DNA from: Desulfovibrio sp.
GTDB taxonomy: Bacteria; Desulfobacterota; Desulfovibrionia; Desulfovibrionales; Desulfovibrionaceae
Assembly (NCBI GenBank): GCA_017613295.1
Contig: JAGAEE010000212.1
Coordinates: forward strand, 1 to 43,569
DNA length: 43,569 nt
Direction of reading: 5' to 3'
How positions within the stretch are numbered: position 1 is the stretch's first letter; each line of letters opens with the position of its first letter. Position numbers and translations under genes: made by a program. Under the pieces are notes generated by a model, which saw only the letters and a list, made by a program, of their open reading frames with translations, was not told the origin of the DNA and made no database searches. This document shows, piece by piece, positions 1 through 10,362 of the stretch.

Positions 1-215
1 AAAAACTGGGATTCAAGGTGCGTGAGGCGCAGTTAGCCAAAATACCCTATATTCTTGTGGTAGGGGAAAAGGAAATGCAGACGGGCGGTGCCAACGTGCG
101 TCTGCGTAGCGGGGAAAATCTGGGGCTCAAATCTGCGGCGGAGATTGCTGCGCTTATCCGTGCGGAGTCGGAGGAGCCCTTCAAGCAAGGAGGGATGTGC
201 TATAGCTTCTCCTAA
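1..215 (+). CDS. thrS: Threonyl-tRNA synthetase, 3' end (partial, starts before window)
   Basis: Anticodon-domain motif [24 protein letters not shown]; directly upstream of infC-rpmI-rplT. Confidence 0.95.
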   Translation, partial: KLGFKVREAQLAKIPYILVVGEKEMQTGGANVRLRSGENLGLKSAAEIAALIRAESEEPFKQGGMCYSFS

Positions 216-747
216 TTTGAGACCGCGGCGGGATATGCCGCAGGACGGCGTGCGCCGTAACGAGCTGATTCGTGCCCGAGAGGTGCGTGTGATCGCTGCC
301 GACGGCGAGCAGCTCGGCATCTTGCAGAGGAATGACGCCATCGACATGGCCAAGGAGGCGGGTTTGGATTTGGTGGAGGTTTCGTCCACCTCTGAACCGC
401 CTGTCTGCCGTATTATGGATTACGGCAAGTTTAAGTACGAACAGCAGAAGAAAAAACAGGAAGCCAAAAAGCGTCAAACGGTGGTCCAGATCAATGAAAT
501 CAAGGTGCGTCCCAAGACGGACGACCATGATTATGAAACCAAGATACGACACATGCGCCGTTTCCTTGAAGACGGTGACCGTTGTAAAATCACGGTTTTT
601 TTCCGAGGGCGCGAAATTGTTCACAAAGACAGAGGTCTGGCCATCTTGGATCGTATCGTGCAAGATTTGGCCGACGTGGCCAAGGTGGACCAGGAGGCGC
701 GTGCGGAGGGCCGTACTCTGCAGATGCTGCTGGTGCCGAAGAAGTAG
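202..747 (+). CDS. infC: Translation initiation factor IF-3, probable non-canonical ATA start
   Basis: IF3 motifs ([32 protein letters not shown]). SD AAGGAGG at 187-193 lies 8 nt before an in-frame ATA at 202; ATG at 235 is the alternative start. Confidence 0.95.
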   Translation: MASPNLRPRRDMPQDGVRRNELIRAREVRVIAADGEQLGILQRNDAIDMAKEAGLDLVEVSSTSEPPVCRIMDYGKFKYEQQKKKQEAKKRQTVVQINEIKVRPKTDDHDYETKIRHMRRFLEDGDRCKITVFFRGREIVHKDRGLAILDRIVQDLADVAKVDQEARAEGRTLQMLLVPKK

Positions 748-903
748 GTCGTGATGACATTACGCGTTCTTTGAGCTGGTGGCCACATCTGGTGAAGCCA
801 TGGTATGGGGGGCAGAAATTCCCCTTGCGTCGTTGGACGCTTTGGGGCATCATGCCACTTCCTGTTGTCCATAGGGCAGGGGTAAATTTGTAAGGAGTCT
901 GTC

Positions 904-1101
904 ATGCCCAAGATCAAAACACGGCGTTCTGCCGCCAAGCGTTTCGAGCAGACCGGTAGTGGCAAATATCGCCGTCGCCGTCAAAACCTGCGCCACATAC
1001 TGACCAAGAAAGCTCCCGGTCGCAAAATGCGCCTTGGACAGGTCACTCTGGTTGACAAAACCAACGAGAAAGCTGTGCGACGCATGCTGCCGAATGGCTA
1101 G
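904..1101 (+). CDS. rpmI: 50S ribosomal protein L35
   Basis: MPKIKTRRSAAKRF...HILTKK; SD TAAGGAG. Confidence 0.98.
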   Translation: MPKIKTRRSAAKRFEQTGSGKYRRRRQNLRHILTKKAPGRKMRLGQVTLVDKTNEKAVRRMLPNG

Positions 1102-1259
1102 TCTTTGTTGTTTGTTATTGCAGTAAGGGCAATGGCATAACATTGCCAACGGCGCGTGCGGAGCCGTGACTAACGTTCAATCTGCATCCCTCTGAGGGCA
1201 GTTTTTCAATTCCCCCGACGGGCTATCCTCCGCCTTGCCGGGAGAAGGAGGTTTGGCCT

Positions 1260-1613
1260 ATGCGTGTGAAGAGAGGTCTTGCAAGCCATCGTCGGCACAA
1301 AAAATATTTGTCAGCAGCCAAAGGCTTTCGTGGCGGGCGGAGCCGTCTGTATCGCACAGCCCGCGAAGCCGTCGAACGTTCGATGCAGAACGCCTTTTTT
1401 GGACGTAAGCAGAGAAAACGTGATTTTCGTAGCCTCTGGATTCTGCGTATTAACGCCGGTGCCCGCCTGAGCGGTTTGTCGTACAGCCGTTTCATGCACG
1501 GGCTCAAGCAAGCCGGAATTGCGCTCAACCGCAAGGTATTGGCGGATCTGGCCGTTTTTCAGAAGGAAGATTTTGCGCGTATTGTGGATCTGGCAAAAAA
1601 TGCTTTGAAGTAA
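1260..1613 (+). CDS. rplT: 50S ribosomal protein L20
   Basis: MRVKRG...[18 protein letters not shown]...[10 protein letters not shown]. Confidence 0.98.
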   Translation: MRVKRGLASHRRHKKYLSAAKGFRGGRSRLYRTAREAVERSMQNAFFGRKQRKRDFRSLWILRINAGARLSGLSYSRFMHGLKQAGIALNRKVLADLAVFQKEDFARIVDLAKNALK

Positions 1614-1709
1614 GGGTGACTCACCGCGCCGGAGGAGACCCTTTAGGCTGCTTGGCGGGGTTATTTGCTCACGCCAACTTGCGGGAACAATGCGAGCATG
1701 GTATAGTCT

Positions 1710-1749
1710 TGCGGATGGTGTGGAAACGCCATCCGCAGTTTGTTTTTTT
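1710..1749 (+). terminator. Rho-independent terminator after rplT
   Basis: Stem TGCGGATGGTGT-GGAA-ACGCCATCCGCA followed by GTTTGTTTTTTT. Confidence 0.8.
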
Positions 1750-1914
1750 GATCCGTTTGTTCATGCCGTGTGGCTAAAGGCAAGCGGCATATTTTGTGAC
1801 ATCCTCCGGGAAGGGGATAGGTGAGCCTGGGGTATTTGACGTGTGCCCGCCTCCTCTGTGTGGCTTAGCTTCATCCGGTAACTGCCGCCGTGGGCGGCCC
1901 TGGGAAATTCGTCT

Positions 1915-2952
1915 ATGGATTTGATATCCGCACTGGAAGGTCTGGTTTCCGAACTGCAGGAGGGGCTGAATCAGGCTTCCTCTCTGGAGGCCCTGGAAGC
2001 GTTGCGTGTGGACATGTTAGGCCGCAAGGGGCGTATTGCCCGTATAATGGCCGCATTGCCCTCCCTTGATGCGAAGGAACGTCCTGCCGTAGGTCAAAAG
2101 GCTAATAGCGTAAAAGAGCGTTGCAATGCCCTATTTGACGCACGCAAGACAGCCTTGGAACGTGAAAAAGAAGAAGCCTCTTTGCGACGTTTCGACGCGT
2201 CCTTGCCAGGTCGTACGCCCTGGCGTGGCAGCCTTCATCCTGACACACTGGTGATGGAAGACATATGCCGTGTTTTTCAGGGCTTGGGATTTGATGTGGC
2301 TTCCGGACCTGAAGTGGAAATTGATCATTACAATTTCGAGGCACTGAACATGCCTCCAGAGCATCCCGCAAGAGATATGCAGGATACACTCTACATCACT
2401 GATACTGTTCTCATGCGTACGCACACCTCGCCTGTGCAGGTTCGGACCATGCTGTCTCACAAGCCGCCAGTTGCCGTGGTGGTGCCGGGCAAGGTATACC
2501 GTAGAGACAGTGATCTTACCCATACGCCCATGTTTCACCAAATTGAAGGGCTTATGGTGGGAAACAATATCACCATGGCCCATCTGCGGGGAACACTGAC
2601 AGCCTTTGTACGGGCTGTGTTTGGGGCTGGCACCAGGGTTCGCTTTCGCCCTAGTTTCTTTCCCTTTACGGAACCCTCAGCCGAAGTGGATATTTCTTGC
2701 TGCATGTGTGATGGCAAGGGCCATGTGGACGGTGGACCGTGCCGCGTGTGCAAAACCACGGGTTGGGTGGAAATATTGGGTTGTGGCATGGTTGACCCTG
2801 CGGTGTATGAATCCGTTGGGTATCCTGTTGATGTGAGTGGCTTTGCCTTTGGCATGGGTGTGGAGCGTGTGGCCATGCTCAAGTACGGCATTGGCGACTT
2901 GCGCATGTTTTTTGAAAATGATGTGCGCTTTCTCGGACAATTTGTCGGCTAG
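1915..2952 (+). CDS. pheS: Phenylalanyl-tRNA synthetase alpha subunit
   Basis: [39 protein letters not shown]; carries a Cys-rich Zn-binding insert. Confidence 0.98.
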   Translation: MDLISALEGLVSELQEGLNQASSLEALEALRVDMLGRKGRIARIMAALPSLDAKERPAVGQKANSVKERCNALFDARKTALEREKEEASLRRFDASLPGRTPWRGSLHPDTLVMEDICRVFQGLGFDVASGPEVEIDHYNFEALNMPPEHPARDMQDTLYITDTVLMRTHTSPVQVRTMLSHKPPVAVVVPGKVYRRDSDLTHTPMFHQIEGLMVGNNITMAHLRGTLTAFVRAVFGAGTRVRFRPSFFPFTEPSAEVDISCCMCDGKGHVDGGPCRVCKTTGWVEILGCGMVDPAVYESVGYPVDVSGFAFGMGVERVAMLKYGIGDLRMFFENDVRFLGQFVG

Positions 2953-2992
2953 TTGCGTGGTCTTCGCTCAGTTTCTTGGTGTGCTCAATGTC

Positions 2993-3361
2993 ATGCGATA
3001 CCTCTTTCTGGTTGTTTTGGTCCTGAGCCCGAGTGTGCTGTTTTTGGCGACAGTGAGTGATAATACGGACATTGTGTGGGCGTCTTCGATCTGTGCTCCG
3101 CCGCGCACTGGCCTTGAACCCCCGGGTGGGCCGAAAAAGATGGAAGTGCTCCCAGGCGGCAGAAGTGTCGGGCGTACGCCTGAGGGCGGCATGGGGTATA
3201 CCGACGCCTATGGCAATACCATCAGCAGCCGCGTGCCGGAGAACAATTCTGCCAGGTCTCGTCTCAGGACCGGTGCGTTTGGAGTCATGCGGGCAGCGCC
3301 ACGTCCAGATCGTCCGTTGCCAGATTCGTCGCACCAGTCTCCGGCCTGGAGTTTCAAATAA
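2993..3361 (+). CDS. Hypothetical exported protein between pheS and pheT
   Basis: ORF fills the pheS-pheT gap; hydrophobic N-terminus MRYLFLVVLVLSPSVLFLA; Pro/Gly-rich body. Confidence 0.65.
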   Translation: MRYLFLVVLVLSPSVLFLATVSDNTDIVWASSICAPPRTGLEPPGGPKKMEVLPGGRSVGRTPEGGMGYTDAYGNTISSRVPENNSARSRLRTGAFGVMRAAPRPDRPLPDSSHQSPAWSFK

Positions 3362-3393
3362 CCCCGCCAGCGTGCGGGAACCAGGATATCCAT

Positions 3394-5799
3394 ATGCTGC
3401 TTTCCCTCTCTTGGTTGCGTGAGTTCACCCCCTACGAAGGCACGGCCGAACAGCTCGGTGATCGTCTGACAATGCTTGGCCTTGAGCTGGAAGACATAGT
3501 TCATCCATACGAGTCGATACGTTCCATTGTGGTGGGGCATGTCGTCTCCTGTGAAGCCCATCCACAGTCGGACCATTTGCATCTTTGCCAGGTGGATGCG
3601 GGACAGGGAGCATTGCTGGATATCGTCTGTGGCGCACCAAATGTCGCGCAGGGGCAGAAGGTCCCGGTGGCTCTTGTCGGCACGACAATGCCTGATGGCC
3701 TGGTTATCAAGAAGGCCAAACTGCGCGGTGCCCCCTCGATGGGCATGATCTGTTCAGAACGGGAGTTGGGTCTGAGCGAAGACCATAGCGGCATCATGGT
3801 TTTGCCCGATGACTTTTTGCCCGGCAAGCCATTGGTGGAACAGCTGGAACTGGACCGTGAGGTGCTTGATATCTCTATCACGCCCAACAGGGCAGATTGC
3901 CTTTCCGTGTTGGGGCTGGCCCGTGAGACGGCTCTGGCGTTTCATCTGCCCCTAAACGTTACGGAACGAATTCTGCAAGAGGACGACGGCTCACCCGAGG
4001 TCAGGATTCCCATTGATATCCAGGCACCTGATTGTTGCTGGCTGTATGCCGGTCGCGTCATTTCCGGTGTGAAAATCGGACCCTCTCCCATGCGTTTGCG
4101 GCATCGGTTGCACGCGGTTGGCGTGCGGGCCATATCCAATATTGTGGATGTGACCAACTATATACTTTTTGAATGTGGGCAACCCTTGCATTCTTTTGAT
4201 CTGGACAAACTGCAGGGGGGGCGTATCGTTGTACGTCTGGCCGAGCCTGGGGAAAAATTCACCACCTTGGACGGGCAGGAACGCAATCTGACAGGTGACG
4301 ATTTGTGCATCTGCGACGCCGGGCGTGCTGTGGCCTTGGCAGGTGTGATGGGGGGGCAGAATTCGGAAATCACCGAGGCGAGTGTCAATGTTTTTCTGGA
4401 GAGCGCTGTGTTCAGACCAGCCACCATTCGACGCACGTCCCGTCGTCTGGGATTGTCTTCCGAGGCCTCATATCGTTTTGAACGTGGCATCGACCAGCGG
4501 CGCAGCTGCTGGGCACTGGATCGTGCCTGCGCCATGATGGCCTCCCTGAGCGGTGGTCGTGTGAGACGTGGACTCTCTTTAAGCGAACCAAAGCCCTTTG
4601 TTCCCGTGAATATTTCCTTTCGACCTGCCCGTGTGGATGCCCTGCTGGGAGTGACTGTGGCGCCAGATTTCGATGAGAAATCGCTTGTTGGGTTGGGCTG
4701 TCCTGTGAAAAAGCAGGATGATGTCTGGGTGGTGACTCAACCTTCATGGCGCCCAGACTTGACCAGAGAGGCAGATCTCATTGAGGAGGTGGGACGTCTG
4801 CACGGACTTGATACTATTGAACCCGTGCTGCCCCCTGTGGCAAAGAACCTTGAAGATGCCGGTGATCCGGAATCTCGCTTTGCCTTCTGGTCGCGCCTCA
4901 AGCGATGGGGCGCAGGGCTGGGGCTCAATGAAGCCATCAACTACAGCTTTGTAGGACACAGGGATCTGGATCGTCTTGGATTGCCGAAGGATGGCCGTAT
5001 TTCCATCAAGAATCCTCTTTCGTCAGATCAGGATGTTTTGCGGACGTCACTGGCACCGGGCTTGCTTCACGATCTGCGCAATAACCTGGCTCAAGGAGCG
5101 CAGGGCTTGCGCCTCTTCGAGCTGGCCAACATCTTTGAAGCCGATCCCCTGTCTGAAACTACGGCACGGGAAACAGGCATGCTGGGTGTGCTTCTCTACG
5201 GGAGCCGCTACGACTCTGCCTGGCCGCAAGTCGGAGAAGATGTGGACTATGCGGATCTAAAGGGCGTTGTTGAACATTTGCTGAGATTCTTGCGCCTGAA
5301 GGCGCCTGAATGCGTCGTGGAGCCTGTGCATCCCTTTTTGCAACCATGCGTGCGAGTGGAAATCTCGGGGAAACAAGTGGGGGTCATGGGGCGTGTAAAG
5401 CCTGATATGGCTGACGCATGGCTTGCCCGCAAAGATGTCTGGCTTGCGGAATTGAATCTTGAAACGCTTCGTGCCTTGCATGATGCGGTACGTCTGAGCT
5501 TTGCGCCACTGCCGGTATACCCGCCGGTTCGGCGTGACATTACCGTGATGGCCGGGTACGGACTGACGGTGGCCGATATTGAGAAGCATATTTATGCATT
5601 GCGTGTGCCTCTGTTGGAGGACGTGATGCTGGTGGATTGTTTTGCTCCTGAAGCCATAAAGGAGACAGAAGCGCTCCGTCATTTAACCTTCAGACTGACA
5701 TTCCGTCACAAGGAGCGTACTCTGAAGGATGCTGAAGTGGACAAATTGAGAGAAAACGTAGCGAATTCATTGGTAAAAAATCTTAAGGTTCAAATTTGA
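3394..5799 (+). CDS. pheT: Phenylalanyl-tRNA synthetase beta subunit
   Basis: MLLSLSWLREF, IVCGAPNV, ITPNRADCLS, SYRFERG, DLIEEVGRLHG; 801 aa. Confidence 0.98.
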   Translation: MLLSLSWLREFTPYEGTAEQLGDRLTMLGLELEDIVHPYESIRSIVVGHVVSCEAHPQSDHLHLCQVDAGQGALLDIVCGAPNVAQGQKVPVALVGTTMPDGLVIKKAKLRGAPSMGMICSERELGLSEDHSGIMVLPDDFLPGKPLVEQLELDREVLDISITPNRADCLSVLGLARETALAFHLPLNVTERILQEDDGSPEVRIPIDIQAPDCCWLYAGRVISGVKIGPSPMRLRHRLHAVGVRAISNIVDVTNYILFECGQPLHSFDLDKLQGGRIVVRLAEPGEKFTTLDGQERNLTGDDLCICDAGRAVALAGVMGGQNSEITEASVNVFLESAVFRPATIRRTSRRLGLSSEASYRFERGIDQRRSCWALDRACAMMASLSGGRVRRGLSLSEPKPFVPVNISFRPARVDALLGVTVAPDFDEKSLVGLGCPVKKQDDVWVVTQPSWRPDLTREADLIEEVGRLHGLDTIEPVLPPVAKNLEDAGDPESRFAFWSRLKRWGAGLGLNEAINYSFVGHRDLDRLGLPKDGRISIKNPLSSDQDVLRTSLAPGLLHDLRNNLAQGAQGLRLFELANIFEADPLSETTARETGMLGVLLYGSRYDSAWPQVGEDVDYADLKGVVEHLLRFLRLKAPECVVEPVHPFLQPCVRVEISGKQVGVMGRVKPDMADAWLARKDVWLAELNLETLRALHDAVRLSFAPLPVYPPVRRDITVMAGYGLTVADIEKHIYALRVPLLEDVMLVDCFAPEAIKETEALRHLTFRLTFRHKERTLKDAEVDKLRENVANSLVKNLKVQI

Positions 5800-5865
5800 T
5801 TATCAGAGACTGTCCCCATAGGCAAAGCACCTGTGACTTTGTCTGAACAACGGCGAGGGGAGCGC

Positions 5866-6216
5866 ATGCCTGACAGTACGCCGGAAACCTGGAAGATTGG
5901 CGAGGTGGCAGAAATGCTCAACCTTCCCACACACGTACTGCGTTTCTGGGAAACAGAATTCCCTCAGTTGGCACCATTGCGTACGCCCAAGGGGCAACGT
6001 CTGTATACTGGCGAGCATGTGACCTTGCTGCGACGCATTCAACAGCTGTTGCACGAGCAGGGTATGACTATTGATGGCGCTCGACGTATTTTGCAGGGAA
6101 GTGCCGTGATGGACGAAAACGTGCCGGAACGAGTGGTTCCCGTGCCTGATCCGGGCTTTATGCGTATGCTCAAACGCGAACTTTTGTCCATACGGCGTTT
6201 ATTGAGCGGTGATTGA
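5866..6216 (+). CDS. MerR-family HTH regulator (pheT-associated type)
   Basis: KIGEVAEMLNLPTHVLRFWETEFPQLAP...GQRLY...GMTIDGAR. Confidence 0.9.
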   Translation: MPDSTPETWKIGEVAEMLNLPTHVLRFWETEFPQLAPLRTPKGQRLYTGEHVTLLRRIQQLLHEQGMTIDGARRILQGSAVMDENVPERVVPVPDPGFMRMLKRELLSIRRLLSGD

Positions 6217-6251
6217 AACCCATTTTTTACAACACCAACATCGTCCGTCAC

Positions 6252-6980
6252 ATGATACTTTCCCCATCTCTTCTTTCTGCGGATTTTGCCCATTTGGCCG
6301 ATGAACTGACCTCCCTTGAGGCGGCAGGGCTCACTTGGCTACATCTGGACGTTATGGACGGGGCCTTTGTGCCCAATATCACCTTCGGTCCACCATTGTT
6401 GCACGCACTGCGTCCCATGACAGACCTTTTTTTTGACGTGCATCTCATGATAGAGGAGCCGGCGCGATATATTGCTGATTTTCGTGCTGCCGGTGCGGAC
6501 ATGATGGTCATCCATGCCGAGGCGGACCGACATGTCCAGCGAACTCTTGCGGCCATACGGGATCTGGGGTGTAAGGCCGGTTTGGCCTTGAACCCTGGCA
6601 CTGACGTTGGTTGTGTGCGCTGGCTGGCGAAAGATCTGGACATGTTGCTACTGATGAGTGTGAACCCCGGTTTTTCAGGGCAGGCATTCATTCCGGCCAC
6701 CTATGAAAAAATCAGGGAAGCGCGGCGAGTGCTGGACGCTAACGGCGGGTCTGCTGTTCTTATCCAGGTAGACGGAGGTGTCAGTCCGGAAAATACGGGC
6801 AGGCTGGTGGATGCCGGTGCCGAGGTGCTGGTGTCCGGATCGGCCTTCTTTGGCCACAAACCTTACGGTCAGCGTCTGGCCGCTTTTATGGAACCTTTGG
6901 CCGGGCGTGTCTCGCGTCCGGAGGAAAATGCGTTGCGACATCGTCGAGACAGTCTTGACGGCGGCACTCTGCTCTGTTGA
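6252..6980 (+). CDS. rpe: Ribulose-phosphate 3-epimerase
   Basis: SPSLLSADF, HLDVMDGAFVPN, DVHLM, MSVNPGFSGQ, VDGG. Confidence 0.97.
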   Translation: MILSPSLLSADFAHLADELTSLEAAGLTWLHLDVMDGAFVPNITFGPPLLHALRPMTDLFFDVHLMIEEPARYIADFRAAGADMMVIHAEADRHVQRTLAAIRDLGCKAGLALNPGTDVGCVRWLAKDLDMLLLMSVNPGFSGQAFIPATYEKIREARRVLDANGGSAVLIQVDGGVSPENTGRLVDAGAEVLVSGSAFFGHKPYGQRLAAFMEPLAGRVSRPEENALRHRRDSLDGGTLLC

Positions 6981-7080
6981 AGTGTTCGATACCCGGGCCA
7001 CGCCGTGAGAGACCGATGTTATGAAACACGGTTCTGTATCGGGAAGCTCATCTGTAACTCTTTATTCTGAGGGGAACGTC

Positions 7081-9090
7081 ATGCCCATGCCCACACGTCG
7101 ACAGTGCGCCAATGCCATTCGGGCACTCTCCATGGATGCCATCGAAAAAGCCAGATCGGGTCATCCGGGAGCACCACTGGGAATGGCTGACATGGCAGAA
7201 GCACTCTGGCGACATGTGCTTAAGCACAATCCCGCCAATCCGCGATGGTTTGACCGTGACCGCTTTGTCCTTTCTAACGGTCATGCCTCCATGCTTCTCT
7301 ATGCGCTTTTGCATCTTACAGGCTACAATCTCTCCATGGAGGAGTTGCGCAATTTCCGTCAGTGGGGAGCGCGGACAGCAGGGCATCCGGAGCGTGATCT
7401 TGATCTTGGCATTGAGATGACCACGGGGCCTCTGGGGCAGGGTATCGCTTCCGCCGTGGGCATGGCTTTGGCCGAACGCATGCTGGCCGCCCGCTATAAC
7501 ACGGATGAATATCATATTGTGGATCACCGCACCTGGGTTTTCTTGGGAGACGGCTGCCTAATGGAGGGTGTTTCGCATGAGGCTTGTTCGCTCGCTGGTA
7601 CATGGGGGATGGGCAAGTTGAACGTCCTGTACGATGCCAATGGAATTTCCATTGACGGGAAGATTGACGGCTGGTTTACGGAGGACGTAGCCATGCGCTA
7701 TCGCTCGTATGGCTGGCAGGTTATCGGTCCCGTGGATGGCCACAACTTTGATGCCCTGGACGCAGCTTTGGCAGAAGCCGTGGCCGATACGCGTCACCCT
7801 GGTCTTGTCATCTGCAGGACACACATTGGGTACGGATCTCCCAAGGCTGACAGTGAAGCCAGCCATGGCGCGCCGCTGGGCGAGGAGTCCGTCAGCGCCA
7901 CGCGCACAAACCTGGGGTGGAAAGAACCGCCGTTCAGCATACCCCCAGACATCTATGCCGCATGGGATGCCCGTGCAAAGGGTCAGGCAGCCGAAAACAC
8001 GTGGAAAACAACCTTTGACCGCTACAGCGAGGCGTATCCTGAACTGGCGCAGGAGTTTACGAGGCGTATGCACGGTGATTTGCCAGAAAAATGGGCAGAA
8101 ATTTCGAAAGAAATGGTGAGCAGTGCCGTAAGTGTCTGTGAGAGTCAGGCCACACGTGTGGCCTCTCGCAAGGTGCTCGAACACCTTGTGCCGCATCTGC
8201 CTGAAATGGTGGGCGGATCTGCCGATTTGACGGGTTCTGTGGGAACGCTTACCTCAGCTTCTCACCCTCTGGACGTCACAACCTATAGCGGCAACTATCT
8301 TTTCTACGGAGTGCGAGAATTCGGCATGAGTGCCATTATGAACGGTCTGGCATTGCACGGAGGGTTTATTCCCTATGCGGGAACTTTTCTTTCCTTTGTG
8401 GATCAGGCCAGAAATGCGCTGCGACTGGCAGCACTCATGCACGTGCGTGCCGTGTGGGTGTTGACGCATGATTCTATCGGTGTGGGCGAGGATGGTCCCA
8501 CCCATCAGCCCGTGGAACAGCTTGGAACCCTGCGCCTCATGCCAGATTTTCACGTATGGCGCCCCTGCGATAGCGTGGAAACCGCTGTTGCCTGGCGTTG
8601 TGCTCTGGAGTGCGTTGATGCGCCTACGGCACTGTCTCTCTCGAGACAAAAAACGACCTTCTGTGCTCGCACTCCGCAACAGGTCGCAGCCATAGCGCGT
8701 GGGGGGTATGTGCTGCTCGAGTGTGAAGGCACTCCGGACATTATTCTTATTGCCACTGGCTCTGAAGTGGCGCTGGCACTGGAAGCAGCTGAAGCGCTCG
8801 CACAAGAGGGGTACAGGGCACGGGTGGTTTCCATGCCGTGTAGCTCGATTTTTGATGCCCAAGATGCTGCCTGGCGGGAGAGTGTATTGCCGGACAAGGT
8901 GCGTGTGCGTCTTGCCATTGAGGCGTCGTCTTCGGATTGGTGGCGTAAGTATGTGGGTCTTGATGGAATGGTGTTGGGGATGGAACGTTTTGGATCCTCA
9001 GCACCGGGCAAGGTGATGTTTGAGAAATTTGGTTTCACTGTCGTGCATGTGCTGGAATTGGCCAGGCGCATGCTTAACAAACAGGCCTAG
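7081..9090 (+). CDS. tkt: Transketolase
   Basis: SGHPGAPLG, DRFVLSNGH, GDGCLMEG, THDSIGVGEDGPTHQP. Confidence 0.98.
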   Translation: MPMPTRRQCANAIRALSMDAIEKARSGHPGAPLGMADMAEALWRHVLKHNPANPRWFDRDRFVLSNGHASMLLYALLHLTGYNLSMEELRNFRQWGARTAGHPERDLDLGIEMTTGPLGQGIASAVGMALAERMLAARYNTDEYHIVDHRTWVFLGDGCLMEGVSHEACSLAGTWGMGKLNVLYDANGISIDGKIDGWFTEDVAMRYRSYGWQVIGPVDGHNFDALDAALAEAVADTRHPGLVICRTHIGYGSPKADSEASHGAPLGEESVSATRTNLGWKEPPFSIPPDIYAAWDARAKGQAAENTWKTTFDRYSEAYPELAQEFTRRMHGDLPEKWAEISKEMVSSAVSVCESQATRVASRKVLEHLVPHLPEMVGGSADLTGSVGTLTSASHPLDVTTYSGNYLFYGVREFGMSAIMNGLALHGGFIPYAGTFLSFVDQARNALRLAALMHVRAVWVLTHDSIGVGEDGPTHQPVEQLGTLRLMPDFHVWRPCDSVETAVAWRCALECVDAPTALSLSRQKTTFCARTPQQVAAIARGGYVLLECEGTPDIILIATGSEVALALEAAEALAQEGYRARVVSMPCSSIFDAQDAAWRESVLPDKVRVRLAIEASSSDWWRKYVGLDGMVLGMERFGSSAPGKVMFEKFGFTVVHVLELARRMLNKQA

Positions 9091-9127
9091 CACCTCTGTG
9101 TCGCATTGGCCTTTGATGGAGAATATC

Positions 9128-10297
9128 ATGGCAATCAAAAAAATGCAGGAACTGGATTTACAGGGCAAGACGGTGGTAATCCGAGAGGACCTCAATCTTC
9201 ACATGATAGAGGGCAGAATCACCTATGACAAGCGTGCCCGCGCCGCGCTGCCGACCATCAAGATTGCCTTGGAGAAGGGCGCTGGAGTTGTCCTCATTTC
9301 CCACCTTGGGCGGCCGACAGAAGGGCAGTTTGAGGAGCAATTTTCTCTCAAGCCCGTTGCCAAACATCTGGCTGAACTGCTGGGTAAGCCCGTCACCCTG
9401 GCAAAGACCATGGCCGACGCCAAAGCCATGCCAGGTACAGTGACCTTGCTTGAGAATGTACGTTTTCTCAAGGGCGAAAAAAAGAACAATCCCGAATTGG
9501 CCGCTCAACTGGCGGCATTGGGCGATGTTTATGTAATGGATGCCTTTGGAGCGGCACATCGCGCCCACTCTTCCACTGAAGGAGCTGTTCGGGTTGCCAA
9601 GACGGCATGCGCCGGTCCACTGTTGCAGGCTGAGCTTGAGGCCTTTGGAAAGGTGCTGGACAATCCTGCCCGTCCCTTGGCAGCCATTATCGGTGGATCC
9701 AAGGTATCAACAAAGCTGGCATTATTGGAGAATCTGCTGCAAAAGGTGGATACGCTTATTGTTGGCGGTGGTATTGCTAATACTTTTTTGGCCGCTACAG
9801 GCCACAATGTGGGCAAGTCTTTGTACGAGGAAGAACTTATTCCTGATGCCAAGCGCATTTTGGAGCTGGCGGCAAAACTGGGCAAGAAAATGCCTTTGCC
9901 TACTGACGTGGTTGTCGCATCGGAGCTGGCCTCTGGTCAAGCAGTCAGCGTGTGCGGTGTGGATGCCGTGCCTTCCGATAAGATGATCCTGGATATCGGT
10001 CCAGATACTCTTGCCCAGTATAAAACTCTGCTGGACGAAGCCGCCACGGTGGTCTGGAATGGACCTGTGGGGGCCTTTGAGACTGAACCTTTTGGCAAGG
10101 GGACGCTCGAACTGGCACAGTATCTTGCCAAGGGCAAGGCTTTTGTGGTGGTGGGCGGAGGAGATTCCGTTGCCGCCGTGGAAAAATACGGATTGGCCGA
10201 CAAGATGGGCTACATTTCCACAGGAGGCGGGGCTTCGCTGGAATTGCTGGAAGGAAAGGTGTTGCCCTCTGTGGCGGCTCTGGAAGCCCGCGGATGA
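9128..10297 (+). CDS. pgk: Phosphoglycerate kinase
   Basis: REDLN, SHLGRP, DAFGAAHRAH, VWNGPVG, GGGDS, STGGGASL. Confidence 0.98.
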   Translation: MAIKKMQELDLQGKTVVIREDLNLHMIEGRITYDKRARAALPTIKIALEKGAGVVLISHLGRPTEGQFEEQFSLKPVAKHLAELLGKPVTLAKTMADAKAMPGTVTLLENVRFLKGEKKNNPELAAQLAALGDVYVMDAFGAAHRAHSSTEGAVRVAKTACAGPLLQAELEAFGKVLDNPARPLAAIIGGSKVSTKLALLENLLQKVDTLIVGGGIANTFLAATGHNVGKSLYEEELIPDAKRILELAAKLGKKMPLPTDVVVASELASGQAVSVCGVDAVPSDKMILDIGPDTLAQYKTLLDEAATVVWNGPVGAFETEPFGKGTLELAQYLAKGKAFVVVGGGDSVAAVEKYGLADKMGYISTGGGASLELLEGKVLPSVAALEARG

Positions 10298-10362
10298 GAC
10301 AATTTTCCCGTTTCGAGCCTCAACCCCTGAGAATGTGCAGGAGTTGAGGAGCAGATGAACAT

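Noticed and set aside
1715-1777. 20-codon ORF MVWKRHPQFVFLIRLFMPCG with 3 Phe upstream of pheS (pheM-like leader?)
   Set aside because: No SD, the ATG is buried in the rplT terminator stem, the Phe codons come largely from the terminator U-tract, and no attenuator follows.
1614-1914. T-box riboswitch before pheS
   Set aside because: No convincing GGTGGNACCGCG T-box or specifier stem; the strong hairpin is better explained as the rplT terminator.
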